64,000 bases of DNA from a virus, in the IMG/VR virus record IMGVR_UViG_3300024999_000093, positions 3,696-67,695 of that record, one strand, 5' to 3'. Below are positions 26,389-35,751 of the stretch, piece after piece; the stretch's first letter is position 1, and every line of letters starts with the position of its first letter. Below the pieces are notes generated by a model. That model was not told where the DNA came from and did no database searches. It worked only from the letters and a program-made list of their open reading frames with translations. The position numbers and the translations under genes were made by a program.

Positions 26389-27903
26389 TTATACATTCTT
26401 ATATTGAGGCATCCCATCATCCCTTGTCCCTATTTTTGTAGAACCTGCCGGAACAACTCCTGCTGGCAATTGGTCAGCATAGATAGGAGCATAATATTTC
26501 TTACCATGAGAGGTGTACGTCAACCTGTAACCAGTCAGCGCATAACCTCCGGCATTAGTAGCAGGAGCATTAGTCCCCGGCCCAACTATGGCATAGTTCT
26601 TCCACTCGGTGCCTGTTTTACCTTTAGTAGTTCCTTCGAGGTCAGGAGTTATATTCCCAGATGCGTCAATAACATCAGTGGTCGGGGTTTCCTCTACAGG
26701 ATCGGTAGCCTCCACAGGAACCACGCTAATCGTTCCATCAGGGTTAACTACGACTCTGTCAGTGCCATTGCTAACATCCCCTGGATAATTACCTGTTGTA
26801 TTACCAACCTGAATACCGTTCTCGAACTCTTGTTGATCAACCGAAGCATTGTAATTCAGCGCCCACTGAGCTAATCCGGAATAGTATTGTGCTGTACTTA
26901 ATCCAAGTTGAGCCGCGAACTGACTTGCATTTTGATCAAGTCCGGCCTGAGCGAGGGCATTCTGTGCTCCGTTCTGAGATATTTGCGCTGCTAGTTGAGC
27001 TTGAGACAGTCCAAGTGTCTGAGCGAATTGGGCAGACTGGTTGTTGATTTGTTGTTGTGCTTGCCCGGACGTTACTAACCATTGATTATCAGCTACCGCA
27101 TCCCTGCCGTATTGATAAGCAGCCGTATTATAATCGACCGCAGCCTGGGCCTGAGCAGCAACTATCTTATCCGCAAAACTAGCGTCGAGCTGTTGACCCG
27201 CGAGATTATTAGCATTGATATTGCTTGCCACTCCAATGTTGTTGGCTAGTTGTCGCGTTGCTGATTCCCCGGATTGCAATAGCCCCATCTGATTCAAGGC
27301 ATTGCGGATATGTTGAGCGTTCACCATTCCTGTAGCTGAAGCTGTGTTGTTCGCCGTTTCAGTTTGCCCTGGTATCTTTGCGCGTTCAGTGTTATACGTT
27401 CCAACCTGTGCCGCTAATTGGCCCTCCATAGTGGACTTAAGGTTTGCAAGTGCTTGAGCTTGGCGTACTCTTATTGCCTCCGCCTCTGCTTGTCTTGCTG
27501 CTTCTGCTGCCGCTTCTCTCGCTGCTGTTGCCTCTGCCTGTTGATTGGATGTCGCTTGCATCGCCGCTATGGCTGCTTGTATTTGGGCTGCGTAATCGAC
27601 AGGAGGAGTTGTTGGGGTTATCGTTTCAGAGGTTGGAGTGGTGGGTGTTGTCGTGGTGGGTGTAGTAGTCTCTGGGGTAGTGGCTGGAGTTGTCGTATCT
27701 GGGGTAGTTGCCGCCGGAGTACTATTTGGATTAGGAACACCCGGTATTCTGGCAGGTGGCCCACTTTCAGCCAATCCACTTCCTGCTAATCTGTCAGCGG
27801 TAGTTGTTGGTGTGTCATAGAGATTCCTTGTGCCGCTTGCCTGAGCAGCCGCAATGCTAGCTTTCCTTATTTCGTCTGCCGTTTGGGATGCGGTAGTTGC
27901 CAT
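26389..27903 (-). CDS. putative ejection/pilot protein, Thr-Pro and Ala-Gln rich
   Basis: TTP repeats, QFAQTLG/QFAAQLG repeats. Confidence 0.55.
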   Translation of the reverse strand: MATTASQTADEIRKASIAAAQASGTRNLYDTPTTTADRLAGSGLAESGPPARIPGVPNPNSTPAATTPDTTTPATTPETTTPTTTTPTTPTSETITPTTPPVDYAAQIQAAIAAMQATSNQQAEATAAREAAAEAARQAEAEAIRVRQAQALANLKSTMEGQLAAQVGTYNTERAKIPGQTETANNTASATGMVNAQHIRNALNQMGLLQSGESATRQLANNIGVASNINANNLAGQQLDASFADKIVAAQAQAAVDYNTAAYQYGRDAVADNQWLVTSGQAQQQINNQSAQFAQTLGLSQAQLAAQISQNGAQNALAQAGLDQNASQFAAQLGLSTAQYYSGLAQWALNYNASVDQQEFENGIQVGNTTGNYPGDVSNGTDRVVVNPDGTISVVPVEATDPVEETPTTDVIDASGNITPDLEGTTKGKTGTEWKNYAIVGPGTNAPATNAGGYALTGYRLTYTSHGKKYYAPIYADQLPAGVVPAGSTKIGTRDDGMPQYKNV

Positions 27904-28010
27904 GTCATACCTCCTTTTAGGGAAACAGACAAAAATAATAGAGCCTTTCAGCCCTTACTTTTGTCTGTTATTGTTTGGTTGGTGTTTCGTATAATGGGTC
28001 TGAGACATAA

Positions 28011-28241
28011 CTACATTGGTAATCCTTCATCCATTTCAATCGCATCAATACAGTGGTTTGGGTCGATTTTATTTAGCAAAGAGCAGATAAATTTACATAA
28101 CCCGCAGTCTTTTTTGACTAGGTGCTTTCCCATTCTTGATGACATTGTTTCATCGGGGCAACCACCTAAGATGGCATTGCAAAGTTGATCTACTGAGATT
28201 AGTAGATTCCAAATATACCTTTTCATTTCCTCACCTACCAT
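28011..28241 (-). CDS. conserved small phage protein
   Basis: DQLCNAILGGCPDETMSSRMG...DPNHC motif. Confidence 0.6.
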   Translation of the reverse strand: MVGEEMKRYIWNLLISVDQLCNAILGGCPDETMSSRMGKHLVKKDCGLCKFICSLLNKIDPNHCIDAIEMDEGLPM

Positions 28242-28687
28242 ACAAAAACTTCGATTTGTTCGACAGTAGTGATGGTCGGAGCTAAAATTTGTGTTTTCAT
28301 GTCAAAATATCTAAAAATCTTTTCGTCCTTAACTCTTTCAGCATCCTCGCATAGTTTAACAAATTGTTCTCTTGTATGAGTTACTACACCTTCATCCTTT
28401 GTAGGCCACCATGTTTCAGTCATAGTGGGTTTTAGTAAAAACATAGTAGCCCTTTGATTCATATTAGCTTGATATTCTTCATCAAACTTATATTGATGCT
28501 CTACGCTCGTACAAGATGAAGAGAATCCATTAAGAATATCTTGATTGCAAGCTATGTTCAGCTCTATGATTTTTTGTTGTTGGACTTGTTCGAGAGTTGG
28601 AAGAGATGCTAGGCGTTCTAATTCTTTTTGTGCAATTTCTTCAGGAGTTTCCTCAACATACCCTAGCCCAGTAACGTATTTAAGCAT
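28235..28687 (-). CDS. tail fibre assembly-like protein (DUF4376-like)
   Basis: follows tail fibre; KIIELNIACNQDILNGF...W motif. Confidence 0.6.
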   Translation of the reverse strand: MLKYVTGLGYVEETPEEIAQKELERLASLPTLEQVQQQKIIELNIACNQDILNGFSSSCTSVEHQYKFDEEYQANMNQRATMFLLKPTMTETWWPTKDEGVVTHTREQFVKLCEDAERVKDEKIFRYFDMKTQILAPTITTVEQIEVFVW

Positions 28688-30033
28688 TATTTCACCCCCA
28701 AGAGTGTAAATTTTGAACCAATAGCAAAGCCCCCCGATATGGGGAATACAGATATTTTAGTAATGGCACCCGTTAATGAGGTTATATAGCCCTCGCCTAA
28801 GTGTATATAGTCATCAGATACATTCTGTCTCTCATTGATATATTTTGTATTACCTACGATGTTGGTGATGTCCATTATGGACTCGTAAAATGTGGTCGAA
28901 AGAATATTTACTGGACTTTCGTGAAAAGTCGCTCCCGTAGATACTGAACCCATAACTGTTGAATTAATTAAACTGATTTTTTTATAGATATACGAAACAG
29001 TTGCGATGTCATTAAATCTAGTTCTTAGTTGATAGTTGCCGGATGCTTGGTCACTCTTAACTGACATCCTTAATAAGATATACTTGTAATTTTCCAACCC
29101 CAAACTTGCAAAGTCAACTTGCGTAGCAGCACTTGCTAACGTTAATGTTCCGTCAACTATGGTAGTTCCGTTATCGACAAGTATTTTTTTCCACGCTCTT
29201 CCTGCAGCTAATCCTGCGGGAGTTATCACTCTTGTTGTATCTGTTCCTGTTGTGGCTTCCGCAGGTGTCGCAAGCTCTGAAATTCCCTTGACAGTTTCCG
29301 AGGCATCGCTAATCGTAGGTGCGACCACCGGAATTAACTGAAAATTAGTACCGTCATACACAACAGGGATTATCCCCCCTGCTGGAATATCCCCTGCCAC
29401 TAAAGCTACCGATACATTTTTCCTTATCGCCGTTGCGGTCAATGCTCCTATGGCAAAAGTTGATGCACCTGTGTTCGCATTGGTGGCTTTAAACTTATAA
29501 ATCTTTCCTATCTCATAGAATACAGGGGCAGGGTTGAGCGCAATAACATAAGCGTTTGCCACCCCTGTATCTGTCGCATAATCTGCCAAATGCGTAGCAA
29601 CGGTATCAGCATTTCCTTTTACCGTTTCAGTCGTTCTCTCTGCCCCTGCTAAATCATCTAACTCAGTCTGAGTAGCAACATCTGCCGCAACTTTTGCTGC
29701 TGTAATCGAACCATCAGGTATTTGCCCTAATGCCGTAGCGTCAATTGCAGTTTTTAATGCGTTAATCAATGCTTGTACAGTTGTTCCTGTTAATCCGCTT
29801 GGAGCAGTTGCTCCGATCAGCCCTGCGCCTGTGATTGCCCCTAATTCTGTCTCTGTGAAATATCGCGAATCAAGTTCGCCTGAATTGAGAAGGCTGGCTA
29901 CTGCATTTAACGCTACCCTCAATTCTTCACCACGAGCATTCATGTACTCCTTCGTTTGCGCAGGAGTCCAATTCGGATAATCAGTCTGAGCTTCAAAATC
30001 AAAAGTGAAAGTATCCTTTGTTGGGAATGCCAT
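28687..30033 (-). CDS. tail fibre/receptor-binding protein
   Basis: DTGVANAY, ASETVKGISELATPAEATTGTDTTRVITPAGL fibre motifs. Confidence 0.75.
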   Translation of the reverse strand: MAFPTKDTFTFDFEAQTDYPNWTPAQTKEYMNARGEELRVALNAVASLLNSGELDSRYFTETELGAITGAGLIGATAPSGLTGTTVQALINALKTAIDATALGQIPDGSITAAKVAADVATQTELDDLAGAERTTETVKGNADTVATHLADYATDTGVANAYVIALNPAPVFYEIGKIYKFKATNANTGASTFAIGALTATAIRKNVSVALVAGDIPAGGIIPVVYDGTNFQLIPVVAPTISDASETVKGISELATPAEATTGTDTTRVITPAGLAAGRAWKKILVDNGTTIVDGTLTLASAATQVDFASLGLENYKYILLRMSVKSDQASGNYQLRTRFNDIATVSYIYKKISLINSTVMGSVSTGATFHESPVNILSTTFYESIMDITNIVGNTKYINERQNVSDDYIHLGEGYITSLTGAITKISVFPISGGFAIGSKFTLLGVK

Positions 30034-31887
30034 TTATCTAACCTCCGATCCCTTGTCGTACTGCACATTGAGGGAAATAACACTCATCCCCTCATCTAGT
30101 ACGTTATTGGAAAATCTAAACTGAAAATAGTTCGCTCGCTTGGACATCCTTTTTCTCTTTAGCACAGGGAAAAATGATGTGTTGAATGTGAAATTGACAA
30201 AGTTGAATCCAACGAAACTGAATGCGCTCGTTTGCATGGTCAGCACAACATCGCTATTGCTTCTACGAGAACGGAATGAGACGAGCGTTGAACCCCTGCT
30301 CATTGGCTTAGCGAGTAGGCCTATCTTACTAATCACCTTAACCATGTTCGGCGTTCCGGCACATTCCTCGCGCAAGTCATACCATGCGTCAATCGCCACG
30401 CCGTCATCATTCGCAATTAATGGGTCGAATTGATAAACAATGCCATCCGTGTTACTTCCGAAGCAGAGCGTGTTGTCGATTACAGCAAAGCATGACGCAG
30501 GAATGTTTGTGTCGAATAGCCATGCGTTGAGTTTGTAGTCCCAAACGTAGCAAACATCATTGATACAGAGTCCGTAGTATCCATCGTGATTGTAGGAAAT
30601 TGCATTGGTTAAATTACCTTCTTGGAGGATGCCTAAGTCTGTTCTGCCTGAACCCGATTTGTTTACTAGGTCGCTTATGTCGTTAATGGATAGTCGATTA
30701 TTGACAGTGGTATCGGATAAAACTTGCATAACTCCATTGCCCGTAGAAGCGCACACGATGCCATTACCTACTTCTTGGATAGAACCCGGTATGTCTGATC
30801 CTTTTTCGAGATTGATACTCGCATAGGGAAATATAGGGTAGACTGCGCCATCGGCATAGGATAGATAGCCGTGACCTTTGCTGTGGGATACGTAAAGTAG
30901 GTCAAAGATGTGCGCTAGTCCTGCGACATTGCCAGGTACTTTCTGTACTGCATCATCCGGGAAGTAGTCGGCGTTGTAGTTTTCTCCGTATAATCGAGAG
31001 TGCCATATTAAGTCGGGATAGTTGGGATTCTTGGACATGAATACTGTTGATTCGGATTTGCCGCCAAACACTTCTGAGATAGTACAATTTTTTATATATT
31101 CAGGATGAGCAAGGGATGTTTTATATGCAGTTATGATGACGTTATTTGTCCCGATGGCAGGAGCGATATTGAAGGTGACTACGCCTGTTGTTCGGTTTAC
31201 GCTGAAGTTAGTTGTTTCGACCATCGCTACTCCATTGACGATTGCCGTTATGGCTGTAGCATCGAGAGAGGCATACGGAAGGGTGTAGGCCGTTGCCGTG
31301 CCTGTTGCGGTGAAGGATACTCGGAAGCCGGGGGATATGAGGTTGAAGGATTCATTGACTGTGCCTGCATTTGGGGAACCTGTCGGAGAGCGACCAATTA
31401 GGATGAGTGGCTTGTATGCCGTGTCGGCGACATCTTCAGGGGTTGAACCGTCATACCTTACGAAGTCCGTTCCATTGTGAAGATACATTGTGTCGCTGAG
31501 GACAAAAAAAGAAGCCTTAGCGTTTGCTAGGCCTGATTTTATTTCGATAGGCTGGTCGTTGTCGTATTGCTCGTAGAGTTTTGTGCCGTGTGCGATTATA
31601 TTGAATGAATCACTATTTGCTTTTTTGTATTGGAATAGGCCGTTGATTTGACCTATTCCTAGGGATGTCGAATACAAACGCTTAAACCCAGGCCTTTTCC
31701 CTACCGTGCCATCCCTTATTCTTACGTTTTGAAGCTCAGGGGAAAATTTAGGCGCTAAAAGCGAGGGGCTATTGAGATAATCTAGACCACCGGAAAAATC
31801 TGAATACGTCAACTCACGAGAAGTTGAGGGGAACTTTGGAATTTTTATCTGCAATTCATCACCTCCGTTTAGACATAAGAAAAGCAC
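30034..31887 (-). CDS. tail hub/nozzle (packaged-DNA stabilisation, P22 gp10/T7 gp12-like)
   Basis: DFSGGL...NVRIRDGTVGKRPG N-terminus, beta-rich, C-terminal YFQFRFSN. Confidence 0.7.
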   Translation of the reverse strand: MLFLCLNGGDELQIKIPKFPSTSRELTYSDFSGGLDYLNSPSLLAPKFSPELQNVRIRDGTVGKRPGFKRLYSTSLGIGQINGLFQYKKANSDSFNIIAHGTKLYEQYDNDQPIEIKSGLANAKASFFVLSDTMYLHNGTDFVRYDGSTPEDVADTAYKPLILIGRSPTGSPNAGTVNESFNLISPGFRVSFTATGTATAYTLPYASLDATAITAIVNGVAMVETTNFSVNRTTGVVTFNIAPAIGTNNVIITAYKTSLAHPEYIKNCTISEVFGGKSESTVFMSKNPNYPDLIWHSRLYGENYNADYFPDDAVQKVPGNVAGLAHIFDLLYVSHSKGHGYLSYADGAVYPIFPYASINLEKGSDIPGSIQEVGNGIVCASTGNGVMQVLSDTTVNNRLSINDISDLVNKSGSGRTDLGILQEGNLTNAISYNHDGYYGLCINDVCYVWDYKLNAWLFDTNIPASCFAVIDNTLCFGSNTDGIVYQFDPLIANDDGVAIDAWYDLREECAGTPNMVKVISKIGLLAKPMSRGSTLVSFRSRRSNSDVVLTMQTSAFSFVGFNFVNFTFNTSFFPVLKRKRMSKRANYFQFRFSNNVLDEGMSVISLNVQYDKGSEVR

Positions 31888-31888
31888 T

Positions 31889-32905
31889 CTACAAGAGTGC
31901 TAATTGCTGTATTCCATTATGATAATTAAGATATTCCAAAACGGTTTTTTCTCGTTCCTTGGAATAGTATTTGAATTTTGGATACCATTCCGAGAAAAGT
32001 TTTTTTCCCTTACTGCTATTACATCTTCCACAAGCAGGGACTGCATTAATGATAGAAAGTTCCCCATTTTTCGCTAATGGATGAAAATGATCCTGTTGCA
32101 ACATTTTTCCATCTTTAGGAACATCTCCGCAATATGCGCATGCACCATCAAAGTGTTTTAATGTTATTTCCCATTGTTCTTTTGTCAATGTTGACGCGAG
32201 ACTTTTCTTTAATGTCCTGCGCCTTTGATGAGATAATTTTTTCTTTTCCGGATTAGCATTGCGCCAAGCAATGGAATTTTCTCTAGCCCTGTCTTTATTT
32301 TTTTCATACCAAATGCGTGATCGCTCTATAGATTTTTCATTATTCTCTATACCCCATTTTTTTGATCTTTCCAATATCGTACCGCGATTATTTTGATAGT
32401 AAGTCTTCCACTGTTCTGGGTCTGGTGGGTTTAGCGCATATCTTTCCTTGCGCAACTTAATAAGTCTATCAAAATTAATTTCACCATATTTCTTTAGGTA
32501 CAACGCAATACATGACCTGCACCTACTTACAAACGCATTACCTCTCGGCTGAAAATACTCAGTTGTTGCAGGGAGATCCTCACCGCATGTCCCACATTTT
32601 TTGTATCCGGCTTTTACGTTTGACATGGTTGTAAAATTATATCCGGCGCATTCCTTACATGCGGAAACAAGTCTATTAGTTCGACTATTAAAATGGAAAT
32701 GATATTCGTCAGCAGGGAGTTCTCGCTTACATTTTGAACAAAATTTATATCCTTCTCTTGCGATAGGCTTCTGGAAGCATTTAGACCCTAAGCATTCCTT
32801 ACACGCAGAAACTAAACCATCTTTAACTCCAGACCGCGCATAGAAGTGGATTTTATCTGATGGCAGACTGCGCTTGCACCTCGAACATTTCTTCATTTCA
32901 TCCAA
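31889..32905 (-). CDS. free-standing HNH endonuclease with Zn-finger repeats
   Basis: 3 CxxC..CxxC repeats; CAYCG...QDHFHP...NAVPACGRCNSSKG. Confidence 0.85.
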   Translation of the reverse strand: MDEMKKCSRCKRSLPSDKIHFYARSGVKDGLVSACKECLGSKCFQKPIAREGYKFCSKCKRELPADEYHFHFNSRTNRLVSACKECAGYNFTTMSNVKAGYKKCGTCGEDLPATTEYFQPRGNAFVSRCRSCIALYLKKYGEINFDRLIKLRKERYALNPPDPEQWKTYYQNNRGTILERSKKWGIENNEKSIERSRIWYEKNKDRARENSIAWRNANPEKKKLSHQRRRTLKKSLASTLTKEQWEITLKHFDGACAYCGDVPKDGKMLQQDHFHPLAKNGELSIINAVPACGRCNSSKGKKLFSEWYPKFKYYSKEREKTVLEYLNYHNGIQQLALL

Positions 32906-32909
32906 AACA

Positions 32910-33012
32910 AATAACCCTCCTAAAGGTTTTTCTTTTTCCTAGCCATTCGGTAGCGCGGGGGACTAGGAAATCCCCCATAGCAAGGTCATGACTCCTTGTT
33001 ATTCGCTACTAT
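32910..33012 (-). promoter_or_regulatory. structured leader RNA, copy 1, upstream of HNH
   Basis: GTAGCG/CGCTAC, CAAGG/CCTTG, GGGGGA-TTTCCTAG-TCCCCC; targets CTAGGAA and TTAGGAGG (RBS); TGGTATAAT upstream. Confidence 0.65.
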
Positions 33013-33036
33013 AATTATACCATATTTTAGGTACAA

Positions 33037-33984
33037 TTACCATCCTGAATAGTTCTCTATAGTATTGTTCTGTTCGTCAATAGTAGGCATTGTCTCCGTC
33101 ATAAACGAACTAAACATATTGATTAATGTTAACCCCTGAGCTTGTTGGCCACTGCTAAACAACCACTGACCAGCAGCAAAGTACGCCAAGTAACTATGGT
33201 TTTCTAATCTTGTTTGAGGCGAATCTGTATCCAAGGATAATGGAGTTGGTCTAGAGGCGTAATAAGCATCGAATGAACCATTATAATAATAGTTAATTAG
33301 TAAACTCTTTTTCTCGATGGAATAGTCAAGCATTTGTTGCCTCAATCTATCATCACTATTCTGAATGATTCTATTGAGAGATATATAGTCGGCGGGGAGT
33401 GTATAACGGACGTACGGTTGGAATTTAGGTATATCGTCCACACTAGCGAATGCATAAGCATACAGGGCTACCCTACGAATGTTGTATGGGTAACTACCAG
33501 AGAAACGTAATCTAACCTCGTTAGCAATATTTGAGGGGGTTACAAGTCCTTTATATTCAGTGAACGATGTTATTCCGGTTGCGTTTATTGTGGCAAGACT
33601 TGTCCATGTTCCTGCAATATTTTCTTCAATCAAGACGGTTGCAGGATGGTCAATTTCAAAGTAATACGAGCGAACTCCATTGGCCGAAACGCCATAATCG
33701 TCGCTTAGATGCTGAACAATATTAAACGATGAATAGGTGTTCAATAGATTCGGTATGCAGTTTTGAGTAATAGAATAGACGCTTTCGATAGGGTCGTATT
33801 GAATTGATTTAAAATAAGCAGTGTTTATAAAGTCCGTCAGTGCCATCTTCATATCAATTACATCAGACAGGGGCAACAAAACTCCATCTGCTGAATATGA
33901 GTTGGCAAGCTTGTATGCTAAATCCCTTATCTCCGAGAGGTTCAATCCAATCCCCCCTAAATATCCAGAATCAATACAGCGCAA
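33037..33984 (-). CDS. head-tail adaptor (tail tubular A/P22 gp4-like)
   Basis: LNLSEIRDLAYKL start, YTLPADY, position between capsid and hub genes. Confidence 0.6.
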   Translation of the reverse strand: MRCIDSGYLGGIGLNLSEIRDLAYKLANSYSADGVLLPLSDVIDMKMALTDFINTAYFKSIQYDPIESVYSITQNCIPNLLNTYSSFNIVQHLSDDYGVSANGVRSYYFEIDHPATVLIEENIAGTWTSLATINATGITSFTEYKGLVTPSNIANEVRLRFSGSYPYNIRRVALYAYAFASVDDIPKFQPYVRYTLPADYISLNRIIQNSDDRLRQQMLDYSIEKKSLLINYYYNGSFDAYYASRPTPLSLDTDSPQTRLENHSYLAYFAAGQWLFSSGQQAQGLTLINMFSSFMTETMPTIDEQNNTIENYSGW

Positions 33985-34229
33985 CTCGTACCTGTTGCAT
34001 TAGAGATCACTGATAAATTGTTTTTCACCGTGAACTTTGTTAGCATTTGCACTCCTGCCGGAACCAGAAACCCGTTTGCCGCCGTTGCTGTCGTCGTTGG
34101 GTGAAAGTACAGTGGTTGAGCTCCTGTGTTGCTTATTAGGCAAGGCCTTCCGTTTACTGCTATTGCTTGTGCCGTTGCGACTAGAGTTTCCACCGCTATT
34201 ACTTCTACCGCTAATGGGCAATGCGCCAT
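33957..34229 (-). CDS. small beta-rich virion protein
   Basis: ISNTGAQPLYF...ANGFLVPAG; GGAGG RBS. Confidence 0.55.
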   Translation of the reverse strand: MAHCPLAVEVIAVETLVATAQAIAVNGRPCLISNTGAQPLYFHPTTTATAANGFLVPAGVQMLTKFTVKNNLSVISNATGTSCAVLILDI

Positions 34230-34395
34230 TTATGTTGTCCTCCTTTGATTCTTCTGCTCGTACTGTATCCCTAGCTATCGGACGCAGGACATCGAGAAGT
34301 TGTGTGAGTAGTTCGTTCGTTTTGCGTTGCTCTGTGCGTATGTCGTAGAGTAGTTGGCGTTCCGTTGTGCTAAGGTCTAGCTGAGATTCTTGCAT
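34000..34395 (-). CDS. hypothetical protein (C-terminus overlaps next gene)
   Basis: GGAGG RBS; LLYDIRTEQRKTNELL coiled coil. Confidence 0.45.
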   Translation of the reverse strand: MQESQLDLSTTERQLLYDIRTEQRKTNELLTQLLDVLRPIARDTVRAEESKEDNINGALPISGRSNSGGNSSRNGTSNSSKRKALPNKQHRSSTTVLSPNDDSNGGKRVSGSGRSANANKVHGEKQFISDL

Positions 34396-34431
34396 TATTT
34401 CCTCCTAAAAAGAAGAGGGCAATTAAGCCCT

Positions 34432-34899
34432 CTATAGTGCTGTGTAATAGATTTCGTAAGTTCCAACAAGTCCTGCCGTTGCACCGCCAGCTACCATTGA
34501 GCCTGTTACCCATTTACCGGATGCCAGGCGTTTAAATGGTTTGCCGTTCGTTCCTGCGCTTTCATCATTGGTGAAGATACCTGTTGCGGCAGCGATGTCT
34601 TTTCCATCGATTAAGGTATCACTAGAAGTTGTTGCGTTGGTAGCAGTGGTTCCAACGTCGATAGAACATGCTCCGGTAGTTTTGGTGGTCACGTTTAGGA
34701 CTACATGTTGAACTAGGATTGCTCCCGCTTCGGGATTTGCCCATGCGAATATTCCACCGCCTGTATCGACGGCTGCGAGTGCGCCTGTTACTTTTTTTGT
34801 GGAGCGATTGAGTTCTGCTGCGGTTGCCGTTATTGGTATGCCCGCTTTATAAAAGGTATTTGCGTCTACGATGGTAAAATTACTAATTCCCTCGGTCAT
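34432..34899 (-). CDS. putative capsid decoration/accessory virion protein
   Basis: directly downstream of capsid gene, Thr/Gly/Ala beta-rich. Confidence 0.55.
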   Translation of the reverse strand: MTEGISNFTIVDANTFYKAGIPITATAAELNRSTKKVTGALAAVDTGGGIFAWANPEAGAILVQHVVLNVTTKTTGACSIDVGTTATNATTSSDTLIDGKDIAAATGIFTNDESAGTNGKPFKRLASGKWVTGSMVAGGATAGLVGTYEIYYTAL

Positions 34900-34950
34900 A
34901 TTTTTACCTCCTCAAAAAGATAAGGCGAGTATTTCTACCCGCCTAGTTAA

Positions 34951-35751
34951 TTAGAATGAACTTGCACCGGAAAGACCGGGCGCGCCACAAAGAATAGTCC
35001 GGAAATTATTAATACCTGCTGAGTAGCGACTTCTTCCGGCAAAGACGTTACTATCATCGTTATCGTTAATATAACTCTTCGTGGTCAGGGGAATACGATC
35101 CAGCCAAATTAACGCCTGGTAAGCCTCGTTGAACGCAGAGTCCATAATGAACCAAGTGTCCAGTCCGCTAGTTGTTCCGGCAAATGCCGTAAGATATGGC
35201 GAAATGACTACGTTCCACCGGGAAGCGTTAATATTAATTCCATTATTTGCAGTTGTTGGGTTTAATTCGGAGCCGATAGCCTCGAATACTAACTTTTTAA
35301 TGGATGCTTTATCGGGGATGATAATGGTGTCGGGAGTCACCGAAAGGATATGACCATCATCATCGGTAAGATAATGAGCTTTCTCCTCAAGATAGTTTAG
35401 GTTATCGTATGAGAATGCAGCATTGTATAAGTTAGACTGTGTTCCCGTCCCACCAGTAATAGAAGGATGGTCAGTTGCGAACATAGCCTTACCATCAGCA
35501 CCGGAGATGTCAAAGTTCTTACCCATGAAACTCATTGTGGTTGCATTACCTTTATTGATAATTCCAGCCGCGAAAAGTTCCTTAGTGCGATTATAGGAGA
35601 GCATGAATGCAGAAGCGCGACTCTTGACCTTACCGAACTTCGCATCCTCAACCATTTCTTGAGTAACAGAGAATTGATTCTTCCAAGTCTCCGGTTCGAT
35701 GGTCTTACTGTAGCCCTCTTGGAAAGTGGATTCTGGATATTTACCATTTTC
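34951..35751 (-). CDS. major capsid protein, exon 2
   Basis: ENGKYPESTFQEGY...FSVTQEMVEDAK...GADGKAMFATDHP...PDTIIIP; joins exon 1 in frame (333 aa spliced). Confidence 0.85.
   Translation of the reverse strand, partial: ENGKYPESTFQEGYSKTIEPETWKNQFSVTQEMVEDAKFGKVKSRASAFMLSYNRTKELFAAGIINKGNATTMSFMGKNFDISGADGKAMFATDHPSITGGTGTQSNLYNAAFSYDNLNYLEEKAHYLTDDDGHILSVTPDTIIIPDKASIKKLVFEAIGSELNPTTANNGININASRWNVVISPYLTAFAGTTSGLDTWFIMDSAFNEAYQALIWLDRIPLTTKSYINDNDDSNVFAGRSRYSAGINNFRTILCGAPGLSGASSF

Noticed and set aside
27600-27720. Short tandem DNA repeats
   Set aside because: Explained by the Thr-Thr-Pro linker of the 504-aa protein
28687-30033. Diversity-generating retroelement target in tail fibre
   Set aside because: No reverse transcriptase and no TR/VR repeat pair noticed
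20665-31480. Numerous plus-strand ORFs of 60-160 aa within the structural genes
   Set aside because: Antisense shadows of long minus-strand genes, without RBS or recognisable motifs
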